A stretch of 64,000 nt of DNA from Candidatus Heimdallarchaeum endolithica (GTDB taxonomy: Archaea > Asgardarchaeota > Heimdallarchaeia > Heimdallarchaeales > Heimdallarchaeaceae), in NCBI GenBank assembly GCA_021513715.1, contig CP084167.1, positions 1,184,001 to 1,248,000 of the forward strand, written 5' to 3'. Shown piece by piece: positions 50,147-58,999 of this stretch; positions within the stretch are counted from its first letter, which is position 1; every line of letters starts with the position of its first letter. A program made the translations under genes and the position numbers. The notes beneath the pieces were generated by a model, which was given only the letters and a program-made list of their open reading frames with translations, did no database searches and was not told where the DNA came from.

Positions 50147-51340
50147 ATGACTGATACTAACGATTTTCCTTTATCTATAGAGAAATATGTCCAACAATGC
50201 ATTTACTGTGGATATTGTTCTGTATGTCCAACATATAAAGAAATTGGTTGGGAAAGTAATCATCCTCGAGGGATTCTTAAACAAATAGAAAAATACATCA
50301 ACGAAGACACAACTAGAGAAGAACAAAAAACTCTGTTTCAAGCGGTTTTTGACTGCACTTTATGTGGAGCTTGCCAAAATATTTGTTTGTCTGACATTCC
50401 GATTATAGATATTTGGATACAAATGAGAAAAGAAGCATTTGACAAAGGTCTGTGGAAGCAAGAATTAGTCCAAATAACAGAATTTGTTAAAACAACACAC
50501 AATATCTATGGACTAGATCCAAAAGACAGATTAAAATGGACAGAATATGTAAATATCAATCTTAATCGAAGAGTGAAAAAAAATAAACCGTTCCTATTCT
50601 TTTTTGGTTGTCAAGCCTCTTATTCAGGAAAAATGATGAAAATAGCAGAAAGTGCAGTAAAAGTCTTACGCAAAGCTAAAGTAGATTTCACTGTTTTAGG
50701 AGAAGATGAGTGGTGCTGTGGTTCTCCTATATTTCTGGGAGGAGGATTTGAACTAGGAAAGTCTTTGGCGAAACACAACCTTGAGAAAATAAAAGAATTA
50801 GGAGTAAAAACTCTCGTTACTGCATGCTCAGGTTGTTATCGAACTTTTAAAAACGTTTATCCAAACATATTAGGTGATGAGTGGGATATTGAAGTTCTTC
50901 ATTTCTCAGAATTAATTTCTAATTTGATAAAAGATGGGAAAATCGAGTTTAAGAAAGAATTAACGGAAAAAATAACTTACAAGGACCCATGTGAGTTAGT
51001 AAGGCATACAGGAGTCATTCAAGCCCCAAGAGATGTAATTTTAAACATCAAAAATGTCCGCTATGAAGAGTTAATTTCCAATAAGGAAAATGCACTTTGT
51101 TGTGGGGGAGGAGGTTTACTAAAAATCAATAATCGTCCTTTAGTTGAGCAAGTAAATGATAGGTTAATGGATGAAATAGCTTATTCTGAAGCTGATATCG
51201 TAGTAAACAATTGCCCTCTTTGTTTAGACACAATTAACCAAGGTTTGAAAAAGAAAAATTTGAATGTAGAAGTTATAGATATGACAGAACTTGTAGCGCG
51301 GGCTATGGGAATAGAGGAAAAGGAGGAGGATAAAGATTAA
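50147..51340 (+). CDS. (Fe-S)-binding oxidoreductase, HdrD/GlcF-like with two CCG domains
   Basis: Two CxxCxxCxx(x)C ferredoxin motifs; CCG at EWCCG and LCCGGGG. Confidence 0.9.
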   Translation: MTDTNDFPLSIEKYVQQCIYCGYCSVCPTYKEIGWESNHPRGILKQIEKYINEDTTREEQKTLFQAVFDCTLCGACQNICLSDIPIIDIWIQMRKEAFDKGLWKQELVQITEFVKTTHNIYGLDPKDRLKWTEYVNINLNRRVKKNKPFLFFFGCQASYSGKMMKIAESAVKVLRKAKVDFTVLGEDEWCCGSPIFLGGGFELGKSLAKHNLEKIKELGVKTLVTACSGCYRTFKNVYPNILGDEWDIEVLHFSELISNLIKDGKIEFKKELTEKITYKDPCELVRHTGVIQAPRDVILNIKNVRYEELISNKENALCCGGGGLLKINNRPLVEQVNDRLMDEIAYSEADIVVNNCPLCLDTINQGLKKKNLNVEVIDMTELVARAMGIEEKEEDKD

Positions 51341-52739
51341 AGACAGAGAACGAGCGCAATTTAGAAGATTCTTTAAAAAGAGATTTGAAGAAGGAGAACA
51401 TATTCTAGAACTATATACAAGAGATTTCGCTAAAGTCCCGAATTTAGTAAAAAAACTAGTTATTGCTAAACCAGAAGCAGTAATATTAGTAGAAACAGTG
51501 GAAGACATAAAAAAAGCATTTGAAATAGCAAATAAAACAAAAATACCTCTTATTCCTCGCGCAGGAGCTACTTCAGGACATGGAGGAACACTAGTTTACA
51601 AAAAAGGAATAATAGTCGATCTAACAAAACTTAACAGAATAATAGATATAGAGCTGATGGATCAATCAGTAACAGTAGAACCTGCAGTAACTTTTCACGA
51701 CCTGGAAAAAGCCCTAACAATGCAAAGTTTAGCTCTTTGCTCCTATCCATCAAGTATTTACTCAGGAACAATAGGAGGGTGGATAGCACAAGGAGGAGAA
51801 GGTATAGGGAGTTTGAAATATGGAAGCATTATTGACCTATTATTAGGATTAGAAGTTGTCTTGCCAGATGGAAGTGTAAAATACTATACTGAGAAAGAAG
51901 ATTTTGAAATGTTTGTAGGAGCACAAGGAACAACAGGAATAATAACCAAGGTTAAACTAAAATTTAGGTTTGACATACCCTTAAAACATATTGCTTTTAC
52001 ATTTGATAATTTCTCAGACATGTTAAAAGGGTTATCAAGATGTAGAGAAGTAGAACCATTTTCAGTTTGGTTCCTAAACAAACATAAAGTAGATTATTTA
52101 AATAAAACACTAGGATATATTTTACCTTCACGTCATCTAGTCATTGTTTCAAAAGAGATAAGCTATGATGAAGAAGAAAAAGAGTTCAGAGAAAAAATAT
52201 ACAAGATAGTACGAGAAGAAAAAGGACAACTAATTTCAGATTATTATATTCAAGGAATATGGAAAGCAAGATTCAAAATCTTTTCAATATTGAAAGAAAT
52301 GGAAAACTATATTCTAGGGGAAGTAAGCATACCATTAGATTACGGGGCAGAGTATATAGAGAGTCTTCCAAAGAAAATAGATAAAAAAATATTGATAGAA
52401 GGAATAATGGTTTCTTTTTCTACAGTATCAATAATCTTGAATTTGGTGCTAAAAACAGACCAATCAAAAATTAAACAATATAAAAAATTCTTGCAAGTCT
52501 ATAAATGGATATTAAAAGCAATAAAAATAGGAGGTTTTCCCTCAGCAACAGGGTTATGGTTCGGAGGATATTACCACACTATTTATGGAAAAGAAAGAGA
52601 AGAGAAATTGTTGAAATTTAAGAAAGAAGTAGATAAAAACAACATTTGCAACCCAGATAAAGTATGGTCCCCTAAAGTAAAACAATTACCCTTAATTTCT
52701 TTGAAAACAGCGATAAAAATTATAGGTGAATTATTTTGA
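51330..52739 (+). CDS. FAD-binding oxidoreductase, GlcD/D-lactate dehydrogenase family
   Basis: PRAGATS..GG, TIGG, GAQGTTGIIT and K..VD.NNI.NP motifs. The frame is open back to 51315 and conserved N-terminal sequence precedes the GTG at 51498, so the start is placed tentatively at ATA 51330 or ATT 51336. Confidence 0.85.
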   Translation: MKIKDRERAQFRRFFKKRFEEGEHILELYTRDFAKVPNLVKKLVIAKPEAVILVETVEDIKKAFEIANKTKIPLIPRAGATSGHGGTLVYKKGIIVDLTKLNRIIDIELMDQSVTVEPAVTFHDLEKALTMQSLALCSYPSSIYSGTIGGWIAQGGEGIGSLKYGSIIDLLLGLEVVLPDGSVKYYTEKEDFEMFVGAQGTTGIITKVKLKFRFDIPLKHIAFTFDNFSDMLKGLSRCREVEPFSVWFLNKHKVDYLNKTLGYILPSRHLVIVSKEISYDEEEKEFREKIYKIVREEKGQLISDYYIQGIWKARFKIFSILKEMENYILGEVSIPLDYGAEYIESLPKKIDKKILIEGIMVSFSTVSIILNLVLKTDQSKIKQYKKFLQVYKWILKAIKIGGFPSATGLWFGGYYHTIYGKEREEKLLKFKKEVDKNNICNPDKVWSPKVKQLPLISLKTAIKIIGELF

Positions 52740-53051
52740 AAATAGAAGAATACTTTTTTCCTGAAGATTTACTGTATGATATAAGTGAACCAGGACACAT
52801 TTGGATAAGGAAAATAGAAGAAAAAAAAATAGAGATAGGAATAGACGATTATGCAGCTAAACGTGCAGGAGAAATAGAGTTTATTAGAACAATGAAAGTA
52901 GGAAAACAAATTACAAAAGGGGGAACAATAGGAACTTACGAAACAGGAAAATGGATAGGACAAATAAAAAGTCCCGTATCAGGAACATTAGTAGAAAAAA
53001 ATGAACTACTAAAAAATCAACCAGAATTGGTGAATAAAGCGCCCTATAGCG

Positions 53052-53434
53052 CATGAGATACTTTTTTACGTAATAAACTAAATTTTTAGTTTGTGGAGTT
53101 ATCAGACCAATAACAACCTGAAACACATTTGCAAAAATAAAGAATACATACACGATATTAGGGAGTGTCACAACTTTTCAGCTATCTTTATATATTTAAT
53201 TCTCATTTATCTAATGTCTTGAGCTATATGCTTAAAGACGTAGGTTTCACTCCTACGACACCCGGTCTTCCCTGTGGGAGTTATGAGTGCCCGGGATAAG
53301 GAGATGAACCCCTTAGAGAACTTAATTAAGACTGTGTCTTTCATGTTCTCTTAAGCCAGTCTTCACAACTTTCGCTAAGTTTGTTGATTGGTTGGGGAGA
53401 GTCCTGAAGAAATTAAGTAAAATTTCAACTCATG
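53052..53434 (+). mobile_element. Non-autonomous element with CATG core and imperfect sub-terminal inverted repeats (IS110/IS1111-like candidate)
   Basis: CATG at both junctions. Left end CATGAGatacttTTTTACgTAAT versus reverse-complemented right end CATGAGttgaaaTTTTACtTAAT. No transposase. Confidence 0.75.
53220..53400 (+). ncRNA. Structured ncRNA inside the element (bridge/seek-RNA-like candidate)
   Basis: TATA box TTTATATA at 53187-53194. Four stems: 53239-53257, 53261-53295, 53315-53351 and 53355-53392; the last three have internal loops. G-U pairs favour the + strand, and one compensatory change is seen versus the 271-363 copy. Confidence 0.6.
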
Positions 53435-53581
53435 GATAGTGAGAATAGAAGGAATAAAAATAGAAGAAGAACTAAAAGAAAATGAATTAATAGTAGAAGC
53501 AGGAGAAAAATTGAAAGAACACATATTATTTAGAATCTCAAAAGAATAAAGAAGAAAAAGCAAATTCCAGGAAAAGAAAAT

Positions 53582-54403
53582 TTAAAGTAAAATTCCTAAA
53601 AGGAAAAAAAGAATAATTATTAAACCCAGAACTAAACAAACAAAAGCAAAACTGTATTTTTTAGCAACTTTAAGAAGTAATTCAATGGTTAAGAAACCGA
53701 CTATAGCTGTAACCAAAATAGCTAAACTTATCTCCCACCATTTGAAGAGAAGAACAGGTTCGTGAGTGATAAGTGACCAAGTTAAGTTGAGTGTAAAACC
53801 TCCAAGAACAGCAGGGATGCTCATAATAAAACTGCCTTTCAAAGCTTCTTCTTTATCCACTCCTAGAAAAAGTAATCCACCAACAGTGGTACCAGAACGA
53901 CTGATACCAGGAATAATAGTAAAACCCTGCAATAAACCAACAACAAGCATACGTTTCTTACTCAGTTCAGCGATAGGAACACCTTCTTTTTCAACCTTAC
54001 GAGAAAAATAAAGAACAAAAGCGGTAACTAAAAGAGCAATACCAACAATTAAGGTAATATACTCGCCAAAAACAGAACTCTCACCTAAATAAGATAGAAG
54101 AAGATAACAAGGAATACCAGTAATAGCTGTTCCAAAAGTAGTTAGTAAAATAAACCAACGCCATTGAACAACTTCAGGAGAACGATCGCGAAAATCAATA
54201 AAAAAGAAGAGCTCCTTATAGTATTTTAAAACAACAGCAATAAGAGTGCCTAAATGAAGCCACAAAGAAAGAGAAATAGCTTCTTGTGAACCAACATGCA
54301 AAAAAGAAACAAGTAAAGTAACAGATTGTCCTTCAGAACTGACTGGTAACCACTCCAATAAACCTTGTAGGACAGCAAAAAGAAGTAAAAACCAGAAGAG
54401 CAT
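53582..54403 (-). CDS. uppP: Undecaprenyl-diphosphate phosphatase (UppP/BacA family)
   Basis: QG..EWLPVSSEG, HLGT and PGISRSG.T motifs. Confidence 0.93.
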   Translation of the reverse strand: MLFWFLLLFAVLQGLLEWLPVSSEGQSVTLLVSFLHVGSQEAISLSLWLHLGTLIAVVLKYYKELFFFIDFRDRSPEVVQWRWFILLTTFGTAITGIPCYLLLSYLGESSVFGEYITLIVGIALLVTAFVLYFSRKVEKEGVPIAELSKKRMLVVGLLQGFTIIPGISRSGTTVGGLLFLGVDKEEALKGSFIMSIPAVLGGFTLNLTWSLITHEPVLLFKWWEISLAILVTAIVGFLTIELLLKVAKKYSFAFVCLVLGLIIILFFLLGILL

Positions 54404-54708
54404 GAGGTAAAAAAAAGAGAGAGGATAAAAATATATCTATTAAATAAGAAAAGAAGAACGAAACAATTACCAAAATAGAAAAATGAAAAATGAATAAGCA
54501 AAAGGGAATGATAAATAAAAACAAAACAAACTGTGAAAAGAAAAAGAATAAATAAAAAAAAGCAGAAAGAAGTGAAGATAGAAGATCATTAGAATTTTAA
54601 AGCAAGGAGAATACAAAAATTAATATTAAATCTCTTTTTGCCGATATATTTATTTATTTAATACTTGAACAAAAAACTAACAAAATAACTTAAACAATGT
54701 GAAATTAT

Positions 54709-57000
54709 ATGGGGTTAATAGAAACAAGGATAAACTCAAACATTTTTTCTAAAAAACATGGTGTTAGAAAAAAAATGGCTTATACTCACTTGATAGTAGC
54801 TATTTTGCTTGTACTAGTAATCAGTAATACTACATTAGGACAAAGTACAGATAGTAATAACATGCAACCTTACTCAAATAAGCCTAAAAATGCATTAGAA
54901 AGCAATGTTCTTTGGACTTATAGCACTGGAGGAAATATTCGTTCTTCTTCTGCTATAGGGGACATTGATGGAGATGGAAAAATAGAAGTTCTTGTGGGAA
55001 GTTTCGATAAAAATCTTTATGCTATTAACGGAGAAGATGGAACTGTTCTATGGAAATATGAAACAGGAGGAAAAATCTACTCTTCTCCAGCTTTAGGAGA
55101 CATTGACGGGGATGGAAAAATAGAAGTTCTTCTGGGAAGTTACGATAAAAATCTTTATGCTATTAACGGAGAAGATGGAACTGTTCTATGGAAATATGAA
55201 ACAGGAGGAAAAATCTACTCTTCTCCAGCTTTAGGAGACATTGACGGGGATGGAAAAATAGAAGTTCTTGTGGGAAGTTTCGATAAAAATCTTTATGCTA
55301 TTAACGGAGAAGATGGAACTGTTCTATGGAAATGTGAAACAGGAGGAAAAATCTACTCTTCTCCAGCTTTAGGAGACATTGACGGGGATGGAAAAATAGA
55401 AGTTCTTGTGGGAAGTTACTACCACAATTTTTATGCTATTAACGGAGAAGATGGAACTGTTCTATGGAAATATGAAAGAAAAAACGAAATTTTCAATTCT
55501 CCAGCTTTGGCAGATATAGATGGAGATGGAAAAAAAGAAATAGTGATGAGTATTGGAAATATATTTTATGCCCTTAACGGAGAAGATGGAACTGTTCTAT
55601 GGGAATTTAAAATGATTCTGAATTTTTACTCTTCTCCAGCTTTTGGGGACATAAATGGGGATGGAAAAATAGAAGTAATTATTGGAAACTCGAATACTGT
55701 AGTTTATGCGCTCAATGGAGAGGATGGAACAATTCTGTGGATGTATAAAACAAAAGGAAATGTTCAATCTTCTCCAGCTTTAGCAGACATGGATGGAGAT
55801 GGAAAAATAGAAGTGATTATAGGAAGTATTGACAAAAGAATTCATGTTATAAATGGAGAGGATGGAACAGGACTATGGACATATAAGACAGAAGGAAAAA
55901 TCTACTCTTCTCCAGCTTTAGGAGACATGGATGGAGATGGAAAAATAGAAGTGATTATAGGAAGTTACGATAACAACCTCTACACTTTTGACTTTGATAA
56001 TGCAAGTGCGTATGTTTATTGGCAAGGAATGGGAGGAACAAGCAATTTTGATAGAACGGCCAATCTAGGTTATATAGATGAAGACCATGATGGATTAACG
56101 GATGAGGAAGAAAAAGAAGTAACAGGAACAAATAAAACAAAAGCAGATACGGATGAGGATGGATTGCCAGATGGATGGGAAGTAAGATATGGACTAAATG
56201 CAACAGGAGAAGATAACGCGAATGAAGACATAGATGAGGACGGACTGACGAATATTGAAGAATATGAATATAATACAAATCCGATAAAAGTAGACACAGA
56301 TGAAGATGGACTGAACGACTATGAAGAAATAAATACATATGAAACAGACCCGATAAAAGTAGACACAGATGAAGATGGACTGAACGACTATGAAGAAATA
56401 AATACATATGAAACAGACCCAAATAAAAAGGACACAGATGGAGATAGATATAATGATTATAAAGAAATAGAAGCAGGAACAGACCCAAAGAATAAAGAAG
56501 ATAAACCAAAGACAAGAATATACTGGGGAGGAGCAATACTATTAGTAGCTGTAGCATTGATAGTGATAAAAAACAGAAAGAAATTAAGAAAGAAAGTGAA
56601 AAAATACGTAGAAAAAATAGAAGCACCGAATTTAAAAGAAGCAATAAAAACAAGAAAAACAGGATTCAAAAATTATAAAGAATATGAAGAAGCAAAGAAA
56701 AAAGGATACAAAAACTATACAGAATGGCAAAAATTCCAAAAAAGACAAGAAATACTAAAAGATCTAATAAGCAGAACAAAAAGAATAGCAATAAAAGATT
56801 TCATGACACTACTAAATTTCAAAAATAGGGAAGAACTGTATAAGTGGATACTAACGCTACCAGAAGGAATAGCAGTAATAGATGGAGAATACGTAGTGTT
56901 CGCAGCAGAAAGCGAGACGAAAGAAGAAATAGATGAAGCGATAAACACATTACTAGATCAGTTTTCAGAACTAGAGCGCTCAAAACAAGGTAAAATATAA
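54709..57000 (+). CDS. Surface receptor-like protein: FG-GAP/PQQ-like 8-repeat beta-propeller, TSP3-like Ca-binding repeats, TM helix, cytoplasmic domain
   Basis: Signal peptide (likely start ATG 54775); eight roughly 46-aa SSPALGDIDGDGKIEV repeats; DTDEDGL repeats; TM helix; C-terminal domain of about 140 aa. Confidence 0.88.
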   Translation: MGLIETRINSNIFSKKHGVRKKMAYTHLIVAILLVLVISNTTLGQSTDSNNMQPYSNKPKNALESNVLWTYSTGGNIRSSSAIGDIDGDGKIEVLVGSFDKNLYAINGEDGTVLWKYETGGKIYSSPALGDIDGDGKIEVLLGSYDKNLYAINGEDGTVLWKYETGGKIYSSPALGDIDGDGKIEVLVGSFDKNLYAINGEDGTVLWKCETGGKIYSSPALGDIDGDGKIEVLVGSYYHNFYAINGEDGTVLWKYERKNEIFNSPALADIDGDGKKEIVMSIGNIFYALNGEDGTVLWEFKMILNFYSSPAFGDINGDGKIEVIIGNSNTVVYALNGEDGTILWMYKTKGNVQSSPALADMDGDGKIEVIIGSIDKRIHVINGEDGTGLWTYKTEGKIYSSPALGDMDGDGKIEVIIGSYDNNLYTFDFDNASAYVYWQGMGGTSNFDRTANLGYIDEDHDGLTDEEEKEVTGTNKTKADTDEDGLPDGWEVRYGLNATGEDNANEDIDEDGLTNIEEYEYNTNPIKVDTDEDGLNDYEEINTYETDPIKVDTDEDGLNDYEEINTYETDPNKKDTDGDRYNDYKEIEAGTDPKNKEDKPKTRIYWGGAILLVAVALIVIKNRKKLRKKVKKYVEKIEAPNLKEAIKTRKTGFKNYKEYEEAKKKGYKNYTEWQKFQKRQEILKDLISRTKRIAIKDFMTLLNFKNREELYKWILTLPEGIAVIDGEYVVFAAESETKEEIDEAINTLLDQFSELERSKQGKI
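54945..55500 (+). repeat. Intragenic 138-bp tandem repeats (near-identical units)
   Basis: TCTTCTCCAGCTTTAGGAGACATTGACGGGGATGG recurs at 55081, 55219 and 55357. Confidence 0.9.
56281..56418 (+). repeat. Intragenic 69-bp tandem duplication
   Basis: PIKVDTDEDGLNDYEEINTYETD x2, identical at the DNA level. Confidence 0.9.
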
Positions 57001-57040
57001 TCCCCTTCCTTTATTTTTTTTAAAAAAAAATAATTAAGAA

Positions 57041-57174
57041 AACAGATTAGCCTTCAGAACTGACCAGTAACCAATCCAATAAACCTTGAAGGACAGCAAA
57101 AAGAAGTAAAAACCAGAAGAGCATGAGGAAAAAAAAGAGAGAAAATAAAAAGATATCGACTAAATAAGAAAAGA
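57041..57174 (-). pseudogene. Diverged duplicate of the uppP 5' end and upstream region
   Basis: Matches 54320-54454, including GGACAGCAAAAAGAAGTAAAAACCAGAAGAGCATGAGG exactly. Confidence 0.85.
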
Positions 57175-57269
57175 GGTAAGAAGTAAATAGACAAATATAA
57201 AAAACAAACAAAGCAAACATTTAGTAAAAAAAAAGAAAAAGTCTAAAATGAAATAAAAAAAGAGAGGGG

Positions 57270-58175
57270 TTAAAAAACAAAGCTAGGGAGGAGAGAAATA
57301 ATAAATAAAAGAGTAAATATCATGTGCAACTGTGCAGTGTGAACATCGATAATAGGAAAAATCTTTTCATTTTCAGTTTTAAGAGCAATGATGTTCTTTA
57401 ACGCAAGTGGAAAAGTCAAAAAAGTCAAAAGAGACCAATAATCAACTATGCCCAACAACAAATAAACAAAAACAAGAATAAAAGGTAAGACAACTAAGAA
57501 AACATACTCAAAGAAAGCAAAGCGTTTACCAAATAAAATAGAGAGAGATTTCATACCAAAACCAGCATCGATTTCAAGATCACGGTAGTTATTGCCCTGT
57601 AGAACAGCCAAAATAAGCAAAGCTTGAGGAAGAGATAAGAAGAGAGATAACCAAGAAAAGAAACCTGATTGAACAATAAAAGTACCAAGAGTTATGCCAA
57701 TACCAAAAGTAAAAAATATAGCAAACTCACCAAGACCACGATATTTTAACTCAAAAGGAGCTAAACCATAGAAAAAAGCAAGAATAAAACCTAACAAACC
57801 TAAAAATAAAACCAAAAAAATACTGGTAAGATAGAAAATATACAAACCAACAAAAATACCAAATAAAAATGAAAAAAAGCCAACACAAAAAACATGTTTT
57901 GGAGTAAGTAAACCCCTAACAAGAATCCTACCTTGAGTGTGAATATTAGAAACATCAATGCCTTTCTTGAAATCAAAATATTCGGAAACAAGATTAGCAC
58001 CTAAATGTAAAAGAAAAATACCAAGGAAAGTTAAAAAAGCAAGAAACCAATTAATGTAACCAATTTCGTACCAGGAAATAAGAAGACCAAGTGTAACAGT
58101 AAATAAACTAAGAGTAAAAGAAAAAGGACGAAAAACAATAAACCATAATTTAAAGCGGGAAAGAAAAGTTAAAAT
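57270..58175 (-). CDS. menA: UbiA family prenyltransferase, MenA-like
   Basis: The frame is open from ATT 58175 (301 aa): W...FRP, N...EYFDFKKGID, YRGLGE and NNYRD.E.D...G..SL motifs. The ORF track starts late, at 57845. Confidence 0.8.
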   Translation of the reverse strand: MLTFLSRFKLWFIVFRPFSFTLSLFTVTLGLLISWYEIGYINWFLAFLTFLGIFLLHLGANLVSEYFDFKKGIDVSNIHTQGRILVRGLLTPKHVFCVGFFSFLFGIFVGLYIFYLTSIFLVLFLGLLGFILAFFYGLAPFELKYRGLGEFAIFFTFGIGITLGTFIVQSGFFSWLSLFLSLPQALLILAVLQGNNYRDLEIDAGFGMKSLSILFGKRFAFFEYVFLVVLPFILVFVYLLLGIVDYWSLLTFLTFPLALKNIIALKTENEKIFPIIDVHTAQLHMIFTLLFIISLLPSFVF

Positions 58176-58558
58176 CTAAAATCACAACCAAAAAAAAACA
58201 TTTGACCGATTAAAAAAAGATTGTTGTTAAAATAAAAAAAGGAAATGATATAGGAAAAAAAAGAGTAGAAAAGAAGGAAAATTAAAAGGAAATAATAAAT
58301 AAATACAAAACAAACTGTGAAAAGAAAAAGAGCAAAAAGGAAAACAAACCAATGAAACGATAGAAATACATAAGAATTTTAGCCCAGGAAGCTTCAGGAA
58401 AAATCTTTTCTACGCATTAAGAGATTAAAATCAATTTTAATCCTACCAAATCGATGAGAAATAATAGGATATAAGAATTCTACAAAAATATAAGTAAAAA
58501 GGATAAGAATAGAAAAACCTAGACAAAGCAAATAGATTAAACCCTTAAGAAAACAGAT

Positions 58559-58633
58559 TGGTAGTCCCCAGGAGATTTGAACTCCTGCCCCCGGATCCAG
58601 AGTCCGGGATCCTTGCCACTAGACTAGGGGACT
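58559..58633 (-). tRNA. tRNA-Gln(CTG), CCA encoded
   Basis: Acceptor AGTCCCC/GGGGACT; anticodon arm CCGGA-CTCTGGA-TCCGG; T loop TTCAAAT. Confidence 0.95.
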
Positions 58634-58668
58634 CTAAATTACAAGCGGTAACAAAGGATTGGAAAAGA

Positions 58669-58743
58669 TGGTAGTCCCCAGGAGATTTGAACTCCTGCCA
58701 CCGGATTCAAAGTCCGGAATCCTTGCCGCTAGACTAGGGGACT
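58669..58743 (-). tRNA. tRNA-Gln(TTG), CCA encoded
   Basis: Same body as above; anticodon arm CCGGA-CTTTGAA-TCCGG. Confidence 0.95.
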
Positions 58744-58999
58744 TTTTATCTTAACTATTAGTCTTCTGTCGATTCTTTTTTTTAATTGTGTTTTAAACTT
58801 TTCTTTATCTACTATGCTTTATAAACTATTAAATTTTTTTCAATTTTTTCTTCAATATCTGACAGAAATTTTCCTCTGAATTAGTTTTACTGGTTTAACA
58901 ATATTATTTTTTTCCTGCTAGATTCTTCCTCTTATATTTTGAAAGCTTTTTTCCATCAATATTGATTCCTATCAACATTTCTGATGCTATTCCTATCCT

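Larger units (their letters stand above)
52736..53549 (+). pseudogene. GcvH-like lipoyl-carrier protein interrupted by a 379-bp element
   Basis: ETGKW lipoyl-lysine motif and SPVSG. Removing 53056-53434 restores ...NKAPYSAWIVRIE... in frame (144 aa). Confidence 0.9.

Noticed and set aside
52911-53171. Minus-strand 86-aa ORF as the element's transposase
   Set aside because: It crosses the element boundary into gcvH and has no catalytic motifs.
53400-53430. IS200/IS605 right end (TTCAAC) with omega-RNA
   Set aside because: Homology with the second copy extends through CATG, both ends share inverted repeats, and there is no tnpB remnant. Less favoured, but not excluded.
54945-55980. Diversity-generating retroelement TR/VR pair
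   Set aside because: The repeats are in-frame propeller blades, the differences are not restricted to adenines, and no reverse transcriptase is present in the window.
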